Below are positions 9,339 through 18,936 of a DNA stretch of 64,000 nucleotides, in pieces. The DNA lies in the NCBI GenBank assembly GCA_965116925.1, contig OZ220744.1, forward strand, positions 4,064,001 through 4,128,000, in the 5' to 3' direction. Both the position numbers and the translations under genes were made by a program. Source of the stretch: Candidatus Poribacteria bacterium. GTDB lineage: Bacteria; Poribacteria; WGA-4E; PCPOR2b. The notes beneath the pieces were generated by a model. The model searched no databases and was not told the origin of the DNA. It worked only from the letters and a program-made list of their open reading frames with translations. How positions within the stretch are numbered: the stretch's first letter is position 1; each line of letters opens with the position of its first letter.

Positions 9339-12300
9339 CTATTCGCCGCCACCACCGCCACCGCCGGTACGACGCGGGATGTTTTGATCTCTCATATAAT
9401 TCGTGATTTCAGTAATCTTACTTTGCGAGTATGTCAACGCTCTGTTGACCTGTGTATCGCTGGGTGGAACTTCCGCATATTTACTCCACAGTGCATCAAA
9501 GGAGTCAAGTGCGTCGTTATAATACTCATCATTTTCGACCGCTAACAGCATATACGCTTCACCAATTTGTACCAAAGAGAGATCAGCGTATTTAGTGGTC
9601 GGATATGTTCTGATGATGTCTTGGAACCCAGCGATAGCCTGTTCAACAGCCTCTTTCTGTTGATCTTCAGCTGCGACTCTTGCTCGATCGAAATTAGCAG
9701 TAGCCTGAATATAGACATCTGCTGAGAGAGCCCTGTTCGTATCACGCAGGAAAAGTTCGGCGTTCTCCTTCGATTCCGCATTGATACCGGGCACTGCCAA
9801 TGCCTTCTCATACTGTTCGATAGCCATCGTATAGAAGCGGATACGTTCTGTTTCTTCTACCTCCGGGAGAACACCTTGGTTATAGTAGGTGTTACCGATG
9901 TTGAGAAACGCTTCGGCTGCAAAGGGACTGGTCGGATAGTTCTTTGCGAGAATCTCATTTATCTCAAAGACTTTGTCCAACCACTTCTCTTTCTCTGCTT
10001 CGTCGTCAGTATTTTTTTCCAGCAACGCATAGCAGGTTGAAATAGCGGCAAGAGATTCAGCTGCTTGTGCATGTTGCGGATTGATGCGGCGAACCTTGCT
10101 ATACTCTTCAACAGCTTTCTCGTGCTGTTGGCCTGCAAAGTACGCCTCACCTGCCTGATACTGCCAGAATGGAGCTTCTGCTGCATTAGGGAATCGTCGA
10201 GCGAGATCCTTGAACACACCCGCTGACTGTTCAAAGAACTCAATGGTCTTTTCAGAAAACCCATCGTCGAAACCGAGCTGCATTCGCCCTAGTTCATAAT
10301 AGGTAGGTGCCAAGTAGCCCAATACAGTCTGAATGTTTTTCGCCACATCTGCCTGTGCCGAGGCTGCGAAAATGCCCTTGTCCGCATATTCAACGAATTG
10401 CTTCAGCACTGGAATCGCGCTATTGAGATCATCAGGAAGTTTGATCCCTGTGCCGAGCGAATAGTAAATTTGCCCGGCGGTAAAGAGCGCGTTCTGAACA
10501 AATGGACTTATGGTGTTATCGACCTTATCGACTGGTGCTATATTAGCGGCTTTAACATAGGCGGTTGCGGCATTCCGACTCGCATCAATATATGGCTGTA
10601 AGTCGGTTCCAGGTTTATCTGAGAAGAGTTTCCGCGCTTCACCAAAGTACAGCAAACCAAGATTATATTGTGCGGAGACTTTCTGTGGAACCGTTTGCGC
10701 CGCCTCACGTGCAGCGACTGCTTGAGCGATTGCATCGTCCACACGCCCCAATTTTAGGTAGAGGTCGGACCGACGAATGCCCCCGTCTGCTGCCATGGAT
10801 TGGATGCTGGTATTAGATTCAGCACCGAATTGGCTAATCAAGGTTTCGTATGCTTTCAGCGCATTCTCAGGATCATTCAGTTTTTCTTGATAAATCAGAC
10901 CCATTCGATAGTACGCTTGTGCCCTGATGAGCGTATCTTTAGAAAGCTGAATCGCATTTTGATAGTTGAGGAGCGAATCATCATACTGATTGAGATGTTC
11001 GTCTTGGGCATACGCTATGGAGAAATAGGAGCGTCCCTTCTGATCATCATCGTCAGTATGCTGAATCACATACTGATATTCTCGCACGGCTGCCGCATGG
11101 TCGCCGACAGCGGTATTCAAATCTGCGAGACGGGTATGTGCTTGACGAATTAGATCTTGCCGGGGTTTGTCCTCTGTTTGCCCTTCATATGAGGTAGTCT
11201 GACGAAACGCTGCAATTGCTCCCTTGCTATCATTCAGTGCATGCTTGGCTAGTCCTATGGTGTAATAGGCACTGATTGACGCATCCACATCGGGGTTTCT
11301 GTCAGTAACTTGTGTTGCGGTACTTATAGCATTCTGGAATGCAAGCTGTTGGGCTCCTTCGTCTGTGCTGTTTTGACCGATTTGATAGTAGCAAACAGAC
11401 GCCTGATATAGCGCGTTCGTCACGAGCTCGCTATTGGGGAACATCTGAACAAATGCTTGGTATTCAGCAAGTGCTTTTTCATGCGCCCCGTCACCATAAT
11501 AGAGGTGCCCGATTTTCAACTGCGCTCGTGAACGAGAATCTTCTGGTGCACCGGTATTCTGAGCAATTCGCCTCAAACTCGCAATGAGTTCAGCTTTCTC
11601 TTCTTCAGAATCGATGCCCTGTTTTTCGATGGCGGTTGCTTTGACCAAATCTATATGCCCCAACGTCTTTTGGACTGTGGTGTTATCGCTACTGCCATGC
11701 TGTGCGTAAGCAGTATCGGCAACTTCCAGCACTTTTGGCCATACGCTTGTATTTCCAGCCAGTGCCATGTCACGATAAGCAAGTGCTAAACCGTAATATG
11801 ACTCAACAGCATTCGGACTGTCCGGATAATCCGCAATCGATTTCTCGAAGGCGGCAACAGATTTGTCCAAGAGAGCTGCGTCATCGGCTGCGGCTTTCGC
11901 TGCTTTATAGTAACAAAGTCCGACAAGATACTGTGCATCGTCGGCATATTCACCAGTTGGGTTACCTGCGACGACATTTTCATACTCAGCCGCTGCTTCA
12001 GCATATCGTTCTTCAGAGCGCAGCAGGTCTGCCAACTTAATTTCTGCGAGCGAACGATTGTCTGTATTCAAAGCATCCATTATCGCCTGATAGTGCGCCA
12101 CGGCTTCGCTGTTCTTGCCTTCCTTGACAAGACTTTGTGCAATTAGCAGCTGTGCACGTTGATAGTTATCGCTTTCGGGGAGAATCGCTGTGTAGAGCTC
12201 ACGAGCCTTACCCCATGCATTCAGTTTTTCGTGGGAAAGGGCTTGATTCATAACACATGCCTCGACCTGCATTGGGCGTTGCGGGAAATCGTCATAGCGT

Positions 12301-14039
12301 CCCTGCTCGACACCGGCGAGGAAGGTGCCACTTTCTCCTCCCTGAATCTCTGGTCCCTTGAATTTTTCTATTGCTTGCTGATAAGCATTTACAGCATTCT
12401 GGAGTAGTGCTTCATTAAAGACAGCGTCCGGATCGCCTTCACGATAACCTTCCGGTTTAGATGCTTCGTAGTATGAACGCGCTTCCTGAAATTTTCCGAT
12501 CAATTTAATCAAGTGAAACTTCGGAAAGTCGCGATACTCCCACAATTTAGCGTATTCCGCGGCTGCATCCTCATACTGCTTGAAATCATTAAATTTGAGA
12601 TCTGCAAACTTTAATTGCACTTCAGCAGCAAGAAGGTCAAGCTCATTATCCATGCGGTTTTTATCAATAAATTCCCGCGCAACAGCCTCAAGTTCATCCT
12701 TCCGCCCGAGCGCGTTCAACGCCCAGATAGCACCATAGAGTGCATGAGATGCGACCGGATCTGCCGGGAAGTCATCAACCGCTTTCTGATACCACATAAG
12801 TGCTGTTTCATAAGAGGCATTTGCTGAATCTGTTTCACCAGCATCTTTTAGGTCAGAAGCTAGCTTATAGTTTGATTCTCCCATCTGGTATGTGAGATAA
12901 GGGGCAAAATCGGTCTCTTCCGGGTGCTCGTCCAGCACACGTTGGTACGCCACAGCAGCTTCTGCCCAAACTGACGACTTGAAGTAGCTATCGGCAATAC
13001 CCAGCTTCGCTTCACTAATAAAATCGCATTCCGGATACTCTTCAAGCAGGGTATTGTACGATTCCACTGCGTTGGTGTAATCTTGCTGCTCGTAGTAGGT
13101 ACGACCAATCGTTACCTGAATTTCAGCTTGCAGATCTCGATCGTCGGTATTCTGCAAGGCAAGTTCATAGTTGACTCGCGCATTGTCATAGTCTTTCTGT
13201 TTTGAATAAATCGCGCCTATGTCAAAGTAGGCAGCGGTTACATAACCACTTGTTGGGTGTTCGGTGATAAATTGGGTATATCTACCAATTGCCTCTTCAT
13301 CACGGGCGAGTTGATTCAAACAGAAAGCGGCTTTATACATCGCCTCCGCTTGCAGGTCTGCGAAGGTTTTAAATTCTTCGGTGGCGAGCTTATCAAATTC
13401 TGGGTACGCCTGCTCGTAATTCTTTTCGTTTAGGAAAGACTGTGCAATTAGGTGTTGTGCATCATCTTTGAACTCTGAGTTTGGGAATCCGTCTAGCACC
13501 TCTTTATACGCTCGGCGTGCTGAGTCATACTTTTGCAGTTTATAATTGAGCTGCCCAATTGCATACCAAGCATTTTCGACGAATAGACTATTGGGGAAGT
13601 TTTCAATCAATGTGTGAAACTTCGGTTCGGCGAGTTCAAATTTTTCTTGTTTGTAAAGGACGTGTCCCCATAGGTAGGTTAACCCCTCCTGATGTTTCGG
13701 CACAGTGGCATTTGGTGCAACCTTTTCAATCTGCTCGATTGCATTGTCATAGTAGGTAATATCGCCACTCTGCTCCGCCCATTTAGAATAGTTAACGGCA
13801 ATTTTGTAATTTGCAAGGGTTTGGAAGTCTTTGTCAATAACCTCGGTCTTGACCCCCCATTTAACAGATTCTTCAAGGGCTTGATTGTATTTTTCAATTG
13901 ACCCTTCGTAATCATTTTGACTGTAGAGTTGTTCTGCTTCGTTATAGAGTCGTTCAACTTTTTTAGAACTACCTGCCGGCCAAAACAGAACGACAGCTAA
14001 AGCGACTCCGGCGAGGGCACCTAAAAGTTTCGGATTCAT
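9339..14039 (-). CDS. Giant (1566 aa) membrane-anchored TPR protein (BamD/YbgF-like repeats)
   Basis: N-terminal TM/signal, dozens of repeats ending FP.S/YP.S...A.Y, Gly-rich C-terminus; AAGGAG RBS. Confidence 0.9.
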   Translation of the reverse strand: MNPKLLGALAGVALAVVLFWPAGSSKKVERLYNEAEQLYSQNDYEGSIEKYNQALEESVKWGVKTEVIDKDFQTLANYKIAVNYSKWAEQSGDITYYDNAIEQIEKVAPNATVPKHQEGLTYLWGHVLYKQEKFELAEPKFHTLIENFPNSLFVENAWYAIGQLNYKLQKYDSARRAYKEVLDGFPNSEFKDDAQHLIAQSFLNEKNYEQAYPEFDKLATEEFKTFADLQAEAMYKAAFCLNQLARDEEAIGRYTQFITEHPTSGYVTAAYFDIGAIYSKQKDYDNARVNYELALQNTDDRDLQAEIQVTIGRTYYEQQDYTNAVESYNTLLEEYPECDFISEAKLGIADSYFKSSVWAEAAVAYQRVLDEHPEETDFAPYLTYQMGESNYKLASDLKDAGETDSANASYETALMWYQKAVDDFPADPVASHALYGAIWALNALGRKDELEAVAREFIDKNRMDNELDLLAAEVQLKFADLKFNDFKQYEDAAAEYAKLWEYRDFPKFHLIKLIGKFQEARSYYEASKPEGYREGDPDAVFNEALLQNAVNAYQQAIEKFKGPEIQGGESGTFLAGVEQGRYDDFPQRPMQVEACVMNQALSHEKLNAWGKARELYTAILPESDNYQRAQLLIAQSLVKEGKNSEAVAHYQAIMDALNTDNRSLAEIKLADLLRSEERYAEAAAEYENVVAGNPTGEYADDAQYLVGLCYYKAAKAAADDAALLDKSVAAFEKSIADYPDSPNAVESYYGLALAYRDMALAGNTSVWPKVLEVADTAYAQHGSSDNTTVQKTLGHIDLVKATAIEKQGIDSEEEKAELIASLRRIAQNTGAPEDSRSRAQLKIGHLYYGDGAHEKALAEYQAFVQMFPNSELVTNALYQASVCYYQIGQNSTDEGAQQLAFQNAISTATQVTDRNPDVDASISAYYTIGLAKHALNDSKGAIAAFRQTTSYEGQTEDKPRQDLIRQAHTRLADLNTAVGDHAAAVREYQYVIQHTDDDDQKGRSYFSIAYAQDEHLNQYDDSLLNYQNAIQLSKDTLIRAQAYYRMGLIYQEKLNDPENALKAYETLISQFGAESNTSIQSMAADGGIRRSDLYLKLGRVDDAIAQAVAAREAAQTVPQKVSAQYNLGLLYFGEARKLFSDKPGTDLQPYIDASRNAATAYVKAANIAPVDKVDNTISPFVQNALFTAGQIYYSLGTGIKLPDDLNSAIPVLKQFVEYADKGIFAASAQADVAKNIQTVLGYLAPTYYELGRMQLGFDDGFSEKTIEFFEQSAGVFKDLARRFPNAAEAPFWQYQAGEAYFAGQQHEKAVEEYSKVRRINPQHAQAAESLAAISTCYALLEKNTDDEAEKEKWLDKVFEINEILAKNYPTSPFAAEAFLNIGNTYYNQGVLPEVEETERIRFYTMAIEQYEKALAVPGINAESKENAELFLRDTNRALSADVYIQATANFDRARVAAEDQQKEAVEQAIAGFQDIIRTYPTTKYADLSLVQIGEAYMLLAVENDEYYNDALDSFDALWSKYAEVPPSDTQVNRALTYSQSKITEITNYMRDQNIPRRTGGGGGGGE

Positions 14040-14145
14040 TAGATCTCCTTTCGGATCATAGTTAGAGGGGGTTGTTAACTTAAAATATTCCCCTCACCCC
14101 AATGGGGTTTCAAGCTAGGGAACGCAGATCTGCGTTTTGCATGAG

Positions 14146-14190
14146 AAATCGTAGCATATTTTCGTAAACAGCACAAGTTTTTTGTTGAAA
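14146..14190 (-). promoter_or_regulatory. Putative sigma70-type promoter (TTGTGC-17-TACGAT, extended -10), duplicated at 18830-18874
   Basis: 45-bp block 41/45 identical to 18830-18874; ~105 bp upstream of TPR start. Confidence 0.55.
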
Positions 14191-14218
14191 TTTAGATGGA
14201 AGTTGGGGTTCTGTCTAT

Positions 14219-15169
14219 CTAAAGTTTGACAGAATCATAAACTTCCGTAATTGAGAAGCTCGGTAATGGTACATTCATCAACATCTCAACAACACCATTT
14301 AGTGAGCGATTGTCACTCCAACCAATTTCCGCTGAAGTAGGAATAGCCACAACCCCCAAGGGCTGTGAAAAATCTTCTTTCGCGGCAATCGGTTCAGGGC
14401 TTGATAACTGAGCAACCGTCATTAGGTCGGGGGAAGCATCATCAATCGCCATTGCTTTGAACGTATCACTATCGTTAATGAAATTACTGTCGCTAACGGG
14501 GTCTGGTTGGTAGCCCTCCCATCTTGACAATTCTGCGAGTGATTCAATAACCTCAATCTCCTTATCGATACTTTGTCCGCTCTGAACAACATTTTCAGAA
14601 AGTGTCTGTGTCGTTGCAACAAGCCGTTCTCGGTTGCTGATTAATTCTCGATTTTCACCCTCCTTCGGAGGAGAGGTTGGCTGGACTTTTACAACCTGCG
14701 ACAAGTTTACAGTGTGAGAACGATCTTGTTCTTGGGGTTGGAAGGCTTGATATGCAGACAGACCGATAAGAATGACGAGTAGCATCCACGCATAAGCAGG
14801 AGACTGTTTAACCCAACTTATAGGCAAACTAATTAGCTTGCTGAAAGAACTAGTAGATTGATGTAGAAACTGTTGAAATCTCCAAGCCGTTGTTTGGGCA
14901 AACGCGGTAATGCCCCACCATATAGGACGAGGTTGCTTTTCAATCAGCCGCTGCAACTGCTCCCCAAATTGATCGTAATACCCCTCCGGGGGTTGTGGAG
15001 GGAGATGCACACGAAGCAGTGCCTCTATCCGTCGCAAAGATTTCAATTCGAGTTGGCAATCCCGACAAAATCGTAGATGTTGCGCCACGATGATGGTTTG
15101 CCGAGCTGAAAGTGTATAGTCTATATAATCAGACAAACACCGTTGAATTGAGCGGCATTGAGGTTTCAT
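14219..15169 (-). CDS. Zinc-finger (zf-HC2) transmembrane anti-sigma factor
   Basis: C..IQ..LSDYID...HL..C..C motif, one TM, directly downstream of ECF sigma. Confidence 0.85.
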   Translation of the reverse strand: MKPQCRSIQRCLSDYIDYTLSARQTIIVAQHLRFCRDCQLELKSLRRIEALLRVHLPPQPPEGYYDQFGEQLQRLIEKQPRPIWWGITAFAQTTAWRFQQFLHQSTSSFSKLISLPISWVKQSPAYAWMLLVILIGLSAYQAFQPQEQDRSHTVNLSQVVKVQPTSPPKEGENRELISNRERLVATTQTLSENVVQSGQSIDKEIEVIESLAELSRWEGYQPDPVSDSNFINDSDTFKAMAIDDASPDLMTVAQLSSPEPIAAKEDFSQPLGVVAIPTSAEIGWSDNRSLNGVVEMLMNVPLPSFSITEVYDSVKL

Positions 15170-15226
15170 GTTTTCCTCGCTATGTTTCGGGCTAAGTCGT
15201 GCAACAACTTGGGTACATTTGCGGGT

Positions 15227-15832
15227 TCAACCGTTTTTTGTTGTTGGAGGAGAGTCTGTTGCGTCCACATAAGGCTTCAACAAATCTTTCAATTTATGCC
15301 TAGCGTAATGCAGCCGGGAACGCACTGTTCCCTCGGAGCAGTTGAGAATCGAAGCAATTTCTGGATGTGTTAAGCCTTCAAACTCGTGGAGAATAACGAC
15401 GGTTCTTTGTTTGAGTGGCAAACTATTTACCGCTTGGGTGACCCATCTTTGCCGCTCTTTTCTTTCAAGGTTCAGGTGAGGATTATTTGCTAGATCTGTG
15501 GCTCGCCTCAGCTCCGGATGAATCTCCATCTCACTAGTGCTTGAAAGTGGGGATTCACGACGGCGCTCCCGACGCTTGACGAGATTCGTAGCATGGTTGA
15601 CAACAATGCGATAAAGCCATGTTTCAAAAGCAGCCTCCTTGCGAAAGCTGTGAATAGACTCATACACTTTCAGAAACGTATCTTGCATGACATCATTTGC
15701 GTCTTCATGGTTTTTTGTAATCTGAACAGCGACTCGATAAACGAGCCGCTTGTACTTTTCAACCAGAATCGCTAATGCGGTCATATCTCCTTCACGGAGT
15801 TCATCAATAAGCAACGTTTCGATTCGTTCCAC
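15227..15832 (-). CDS. ECF sigma-70 factor
   Basis: DANDVMQDTFLK, FETWLYRIVVN region 2; EIASILNCSEGTVRSRLHYAR region 4. Confidence 0.95.
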   Translation of the reverse strand: MERIETLLIDELREGDMTALAILVEKYKRLVYRVAVQITKNHEDANDVMQDTFLKVYESIHSFRKEAAFETWLYRIVVNHATNLVKRRERRRESPLSSTSEMEIHPELRRATDLANNPHLNLERKERQRWVTQAVNSLPLKQRTVVILHEFEGLTHPEIASILNCSEGTVRSRLHYARHKLKDLLKPYVDATDSPPTTKNG

Positions 15833-16036
15833 AGAACTTTCTCCCCGATTTTGCTGCTTTCAACCGTTTAGACAACTCAACCTCAGGAACCGTTCAAAAA
15901 ATTTGGCAGATTTTGATCCTTTATTAAAAAGCCAGATTAGATTAGTGCTATTTTATCAGATTTTGTGTTCTTTGTAAAGTCCTTTGATGGCAATCTTGCA
16001 AACAGACTTATATGATTCCTTGGAAACTTCTCATCC

Positions 16037-16076
16037 AAAAAAAAGGGCAACATGCCTATGACACGTTGCCCTTTTT
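16037..16076 (-). terminator. Intrinsic terminator after Ig-like lipoprotein
   Basis: GGGCAAC...GTTGCCC stem flanked by A8 and T5. Confidence 0.8.
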
Positions 16077-16109
16077 CAAAAATTGACACCGAAGAATAAA
16101 ACGGTTTAT

Positions 16110-16844
16110 TTACTCTTTCGGTTTGGTGACGAAGGTAATCGATGATTGCAGCGCATTACCGGAACCATCTGCAACATCAATCTCAACCTTGTAGGTTGTT
16201 TCGTTGGCGAGTTCCTGTCCTGCAACCGCGGTCAACGTTGCCGTCTGACCAGCGACGTTTGCGATCCAGTTGAGATCTGCACCCGCTTCGTCGGTCAACT
16301 TAACGCTGCCTGTGACCGGTTCGTCGAAATCAAACCGGAAACCACCCGCATTGATCGGCGCGGGATCGACATCTGCGGCTCCATCAGCCACTGTGCCACT
16401 CGTAACGACGGGAGGATCTGTATCCGGGTCCTCAACAGTATAAGGACCAACCGCTTGGGAACCGGTGGAACCACTTCGGTTTGTCCACCCGATATTCAGA
16501 CTTTGCCCCGGTCCTTGCTGCAATGCCGGTGATGCGGTCCAGTTGAGACCAGCCCCGGTGGCTGCAGCACCATTGACTGTTGCCGCGGTAACACCCTGAT
16601 CAAACGTCAGTGAGAACTGGGTATTTGATGGAATTGTCGCCCCCGGAGCAGGATCTACCGTGACCATTGTTGCATCAGGTGGCCCCTCAGCGTCGTCGTC
16701 ATCATCATTTCCTACTGTTGTAGTAGTATCATCATCATCATCATCATTGCCTCCACCACAACCGGTGACCACAAAGGCAACAAACATGACGGATATTATA
16801 AGGGCTAGTACGCCCCAGAATTTGTGCTGCGTGAATTGGTACAT
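16110..16844 (-). CDS. Lipoprotein with poly-Asp linker and two SbsA/Big_5-like Ig domains
   Basis: Lipobox VTGC, NDDDDDD tracts, P.GAT...F...V and 'TTY.V.I...D..GN.L' Ig-like motifs; AGGAG RBS. Confidence 0.75.
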   Translation of the reverse strand: MYQFTQHKFWGVLALIISVMFVAFVVTGCGGGNDDDDDDTTTTVGNDDDDDAEGPPDATMVTVDPAPGATIPSNTQFSLTFDQGVTAATVNGAAATGAGLNWTASPALQQGPGQSLNIGWTNRSGSTGSQAVGPYTVEDPDTDPPVVTSGTVADGAADVDPAPINAGGFRFDFDEPVTGSVKLTDEAGADLNWIANVAGQTATLTAVAGQELANETTYKVEIDVADGSGNALQSSITFVTKPKE

Positions 16845-17314
16845 TTGTTTCGTATCTCCTATTGTTTGCCGCAACTCATTTTTTGTATGCTAAGGTTTAC
16901 GAATCTTATGTCGTATGAACTTTTTGTGTCTCTCGTTTATGTGAGAGCCTCTCAAGTTCAATTGACTCCGTTCTGGCAAGGGCAAGTTGCGACTAAAAAA
17001 ATAACTTGCTTCCAACGAAGCCAGACATCAAAAGCATTCACAGAATGGTCATTTTGACCTTTGCGTTTCTACTCGCGGTGACCTTCTCATACTTTGGGAA
17101 AGCTTCCCGCGTGTGGCCACAACGCAGGTTAAACGTTGTTATCCATTTAGCCTATCAAACTTTGTGACTTTTGTAAAGAGAAATCTTCACATTTTTTTCA
17201 AAAATTTTGATTGCCAAATGTTTGATGGGCGATATTCTACCAAACTTTGGAAAAAAAGTAAAGTAAAAAACGAAAAAAGGCAATATTATCCACAATAGCA
17301 TCTGTATTAATTGA

Positions 17315-17450
17315 GTCAACTACCCCGCCCTGAAGGACGGGGCTTGTGATACCGTCCACGGGGACTTACGGGTTTCGCGCTTCTTTCCCCGATGAATCGG
17401 GATTTTTCGGGGGTGTTTGCTACCACCGCACCTCCACGCAAGGCGATAGC
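17315..17450 (-). ncRNA. Putative omegaRNA (reRNA) scaffold overlapping tnpB 3' end; boundaries approximate
   Basis: Established TnpB architecture; sequence after the NAA.NI codons is conserved with element #2 (GCCTTGCGTGGAGG, GAAGCGCG, CAAGC.CCGTCCT..AGGGCGGGGTA). Confidence 0.6.
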
Positions 17451-18539
17451 CGCCTTTTTGATGTTTATTGCAGCGTTATGGTCACGGTCTAACTGTAAAC
17501 CACAATTTGGACAATCGTGTATTCTAACAGATAGCGACTTCTTGGCAATCGTATCACAACCTGAACATTTCTGAGAGGTATCCTTAGGATCTACTTTCGT
17601 CAACTGTTTGCCAGCCTTTGCAGCTTTGCTTTGCAGTATCAATTGAAAGGTTCCCCAACCAGCGTCAGAAATACTCTTAGCGAGGTGACGGTTTTGCACC
17701 ATGTTACGGATTGTCAAATTCTCAACGGCAACCTCGTCGCATTGTGAAAACAGCCGATGTGCCGTTTTGTAGTGGAAGTCACGGCGTTGGTTGGCAATAT
17801 GTTCATGTATTTTAGAAACAATTTCTCTTTGTTGTTGATAGCGAACGCTTCCCTTGTCACGACGAGACAGTATCCGTTGGGCTTTACGGAGTTGCTTTTC
17901 TGATTCACGGAAGTGGCGGGGGTTATGAACTTTATCACCATCAGAAGTGGTCAGAAATGATTCAAGTCCAACATCAATACCAGTAGTTGTTTGAGCTTCA
18001 ACTTCGGCTACATCGGCAACCTTAACAGCGATATTTGCATACCAACCACTTGCCTTGCGTTGGATAGTTAAGTTCTTGATTGTGCCGTCAGGCAATGGAC
18101 GGTGATAGCGGATAGCGACATGCCCGACTTTCGGCACGACTATCCGAGCCATACGCTTGCGGACGTTACGAATCAGTTGCTTAGACAAATGGCTAAAGGT
18201 CATTGAGCGGTAACGACCTTTGCCCTTAAAGCGTGGGAAACCGGGGTCTTGACCTGCCTTGGCACGCCGAAAGAACGCTTGATAGGCTTTATCCAGACGG
18301 CGTAAGGTGTCTTGAAGCACGTCAATATGAATAGATGACCAGAAATGGGATTCTTGACGCAAGGGGGTTAGGTAATTCGCTTGTATCTTGTAACTCAAGG
18401 ATTCACCATGTTTCTCGTAGGCTTGTTTCCGCATAGCTAGAGCTTGGTTATAAAGCGTTTGACACGCTTCAAGAACTTCTTCAAGCGTCTTACGTTGTTT
18501 AGTAGTCGGATAGATTCGGTATTGGTATGTTTTAACCAT
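17316..18539 (-). CDS. tnpB: RNA-guided endonuclease TnpB (intact)
   Basis: HTH N-term YRIYPT, GFPRFK, RuvC GIDVG / VENL / DRDHNAA, Zn finger CSGC..CPNC. Confidence 0.95.
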   Translation of the reverse strand: MVKTYQYRIYPTTKQRKTLEEVLEACQTLYNQALAMRKQAYEKHGESLSYKIQANYLTPLRQESHFWSSIHIDVLQDTLRRLDKAYQAFFRRAKAGQDPGFPRFKGKGRYRSMTFSHLSKQLIRNVRKRMARIVVPKVGHVAIRYHRPLPDGTIKNLTIQRKASGWYANIAVKVADVAEVEAQTTTGIDVGLESFLTTSDGDKVHNPRHFRESEKQLRKAQRILSRRDKGSVRYQQQREIVSKIHEHIANQRRDFHYKTAHRLFSQCDEVAVENLTIRNMVQNRHLAKSISDAGWGTFQLILQSKAAKAGKQLTKVDPKDTSQKCSGCDTIAKKSLSVRIHDCPNCGLQLDRDHNAAINIKKAAIALRGGAVVANTPEKSRFIGERSAKPVSPRGRYHKPRPSGRGS

Positions 18540-18829
18540 TGCGATTCGGCTTTCTGGCTTTCATATCCGGTGCGAACCGTTGTGGGAGACCTCCCGATGG
18601 GATCCGGACGTAGCACACTTCCACGAAAACCAATGTAATTGTACCCGATTCACACTGTTTTTTTCAACAAGAAAGAGACGCAGTTTCCTCCCCGCTCTAA
18701 AGAACGGGGGCTCCGCTGCGAAGATTTGATGAGTTTAGACTCAAAATGCTAAAGCAATCTGTATAGGCTGCGCCCCAACTGCTCCAAACATAAATGTTTG
18801 GGTTTTAGACCTAAAGGAAATTTCGATAA

Positions 18830-18874
18830 AAATCGTAGCATATTTTCGTAAGAAACACAAATTTTTTGTTGAAA
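18830..18874 (-). promoter_or_regulatory. Second copy of putative promoter block (TTGTGT-17-TACGAT)
   Basis: 41/45 identical to 14146-14190. Confidence 0.5.
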
Positions 18875-18936
18875 GACAGAAGGTAGCAGTCTGCCTCCCC
18901 AAGATTGATTGGGCGTGAGACCTCACCACTATAGAC

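Larger units (their letters stand above)
17315..18728 (-). mobile_element. IS200/IS605-superfamily (IS1341-type, TnpA-less) tnpB element #1
   Basis: Subterminal hairpins at both ends (CCCCGTTCTTTAGAGCGGGG; CCCCGTCCTTCAGGGCGGGG-TAGTTGAC); left flank TCAT; ends homologous to element at 26912. Confidence 0.85.

Noticed and set aside
17315..17346. IscB/HEARO-like RNA start (GTCAACTACCCC...)
   Set aside because: It is the reverse complement of the tnpB element right end; no IscB/HNH ORF follows on the + strand.
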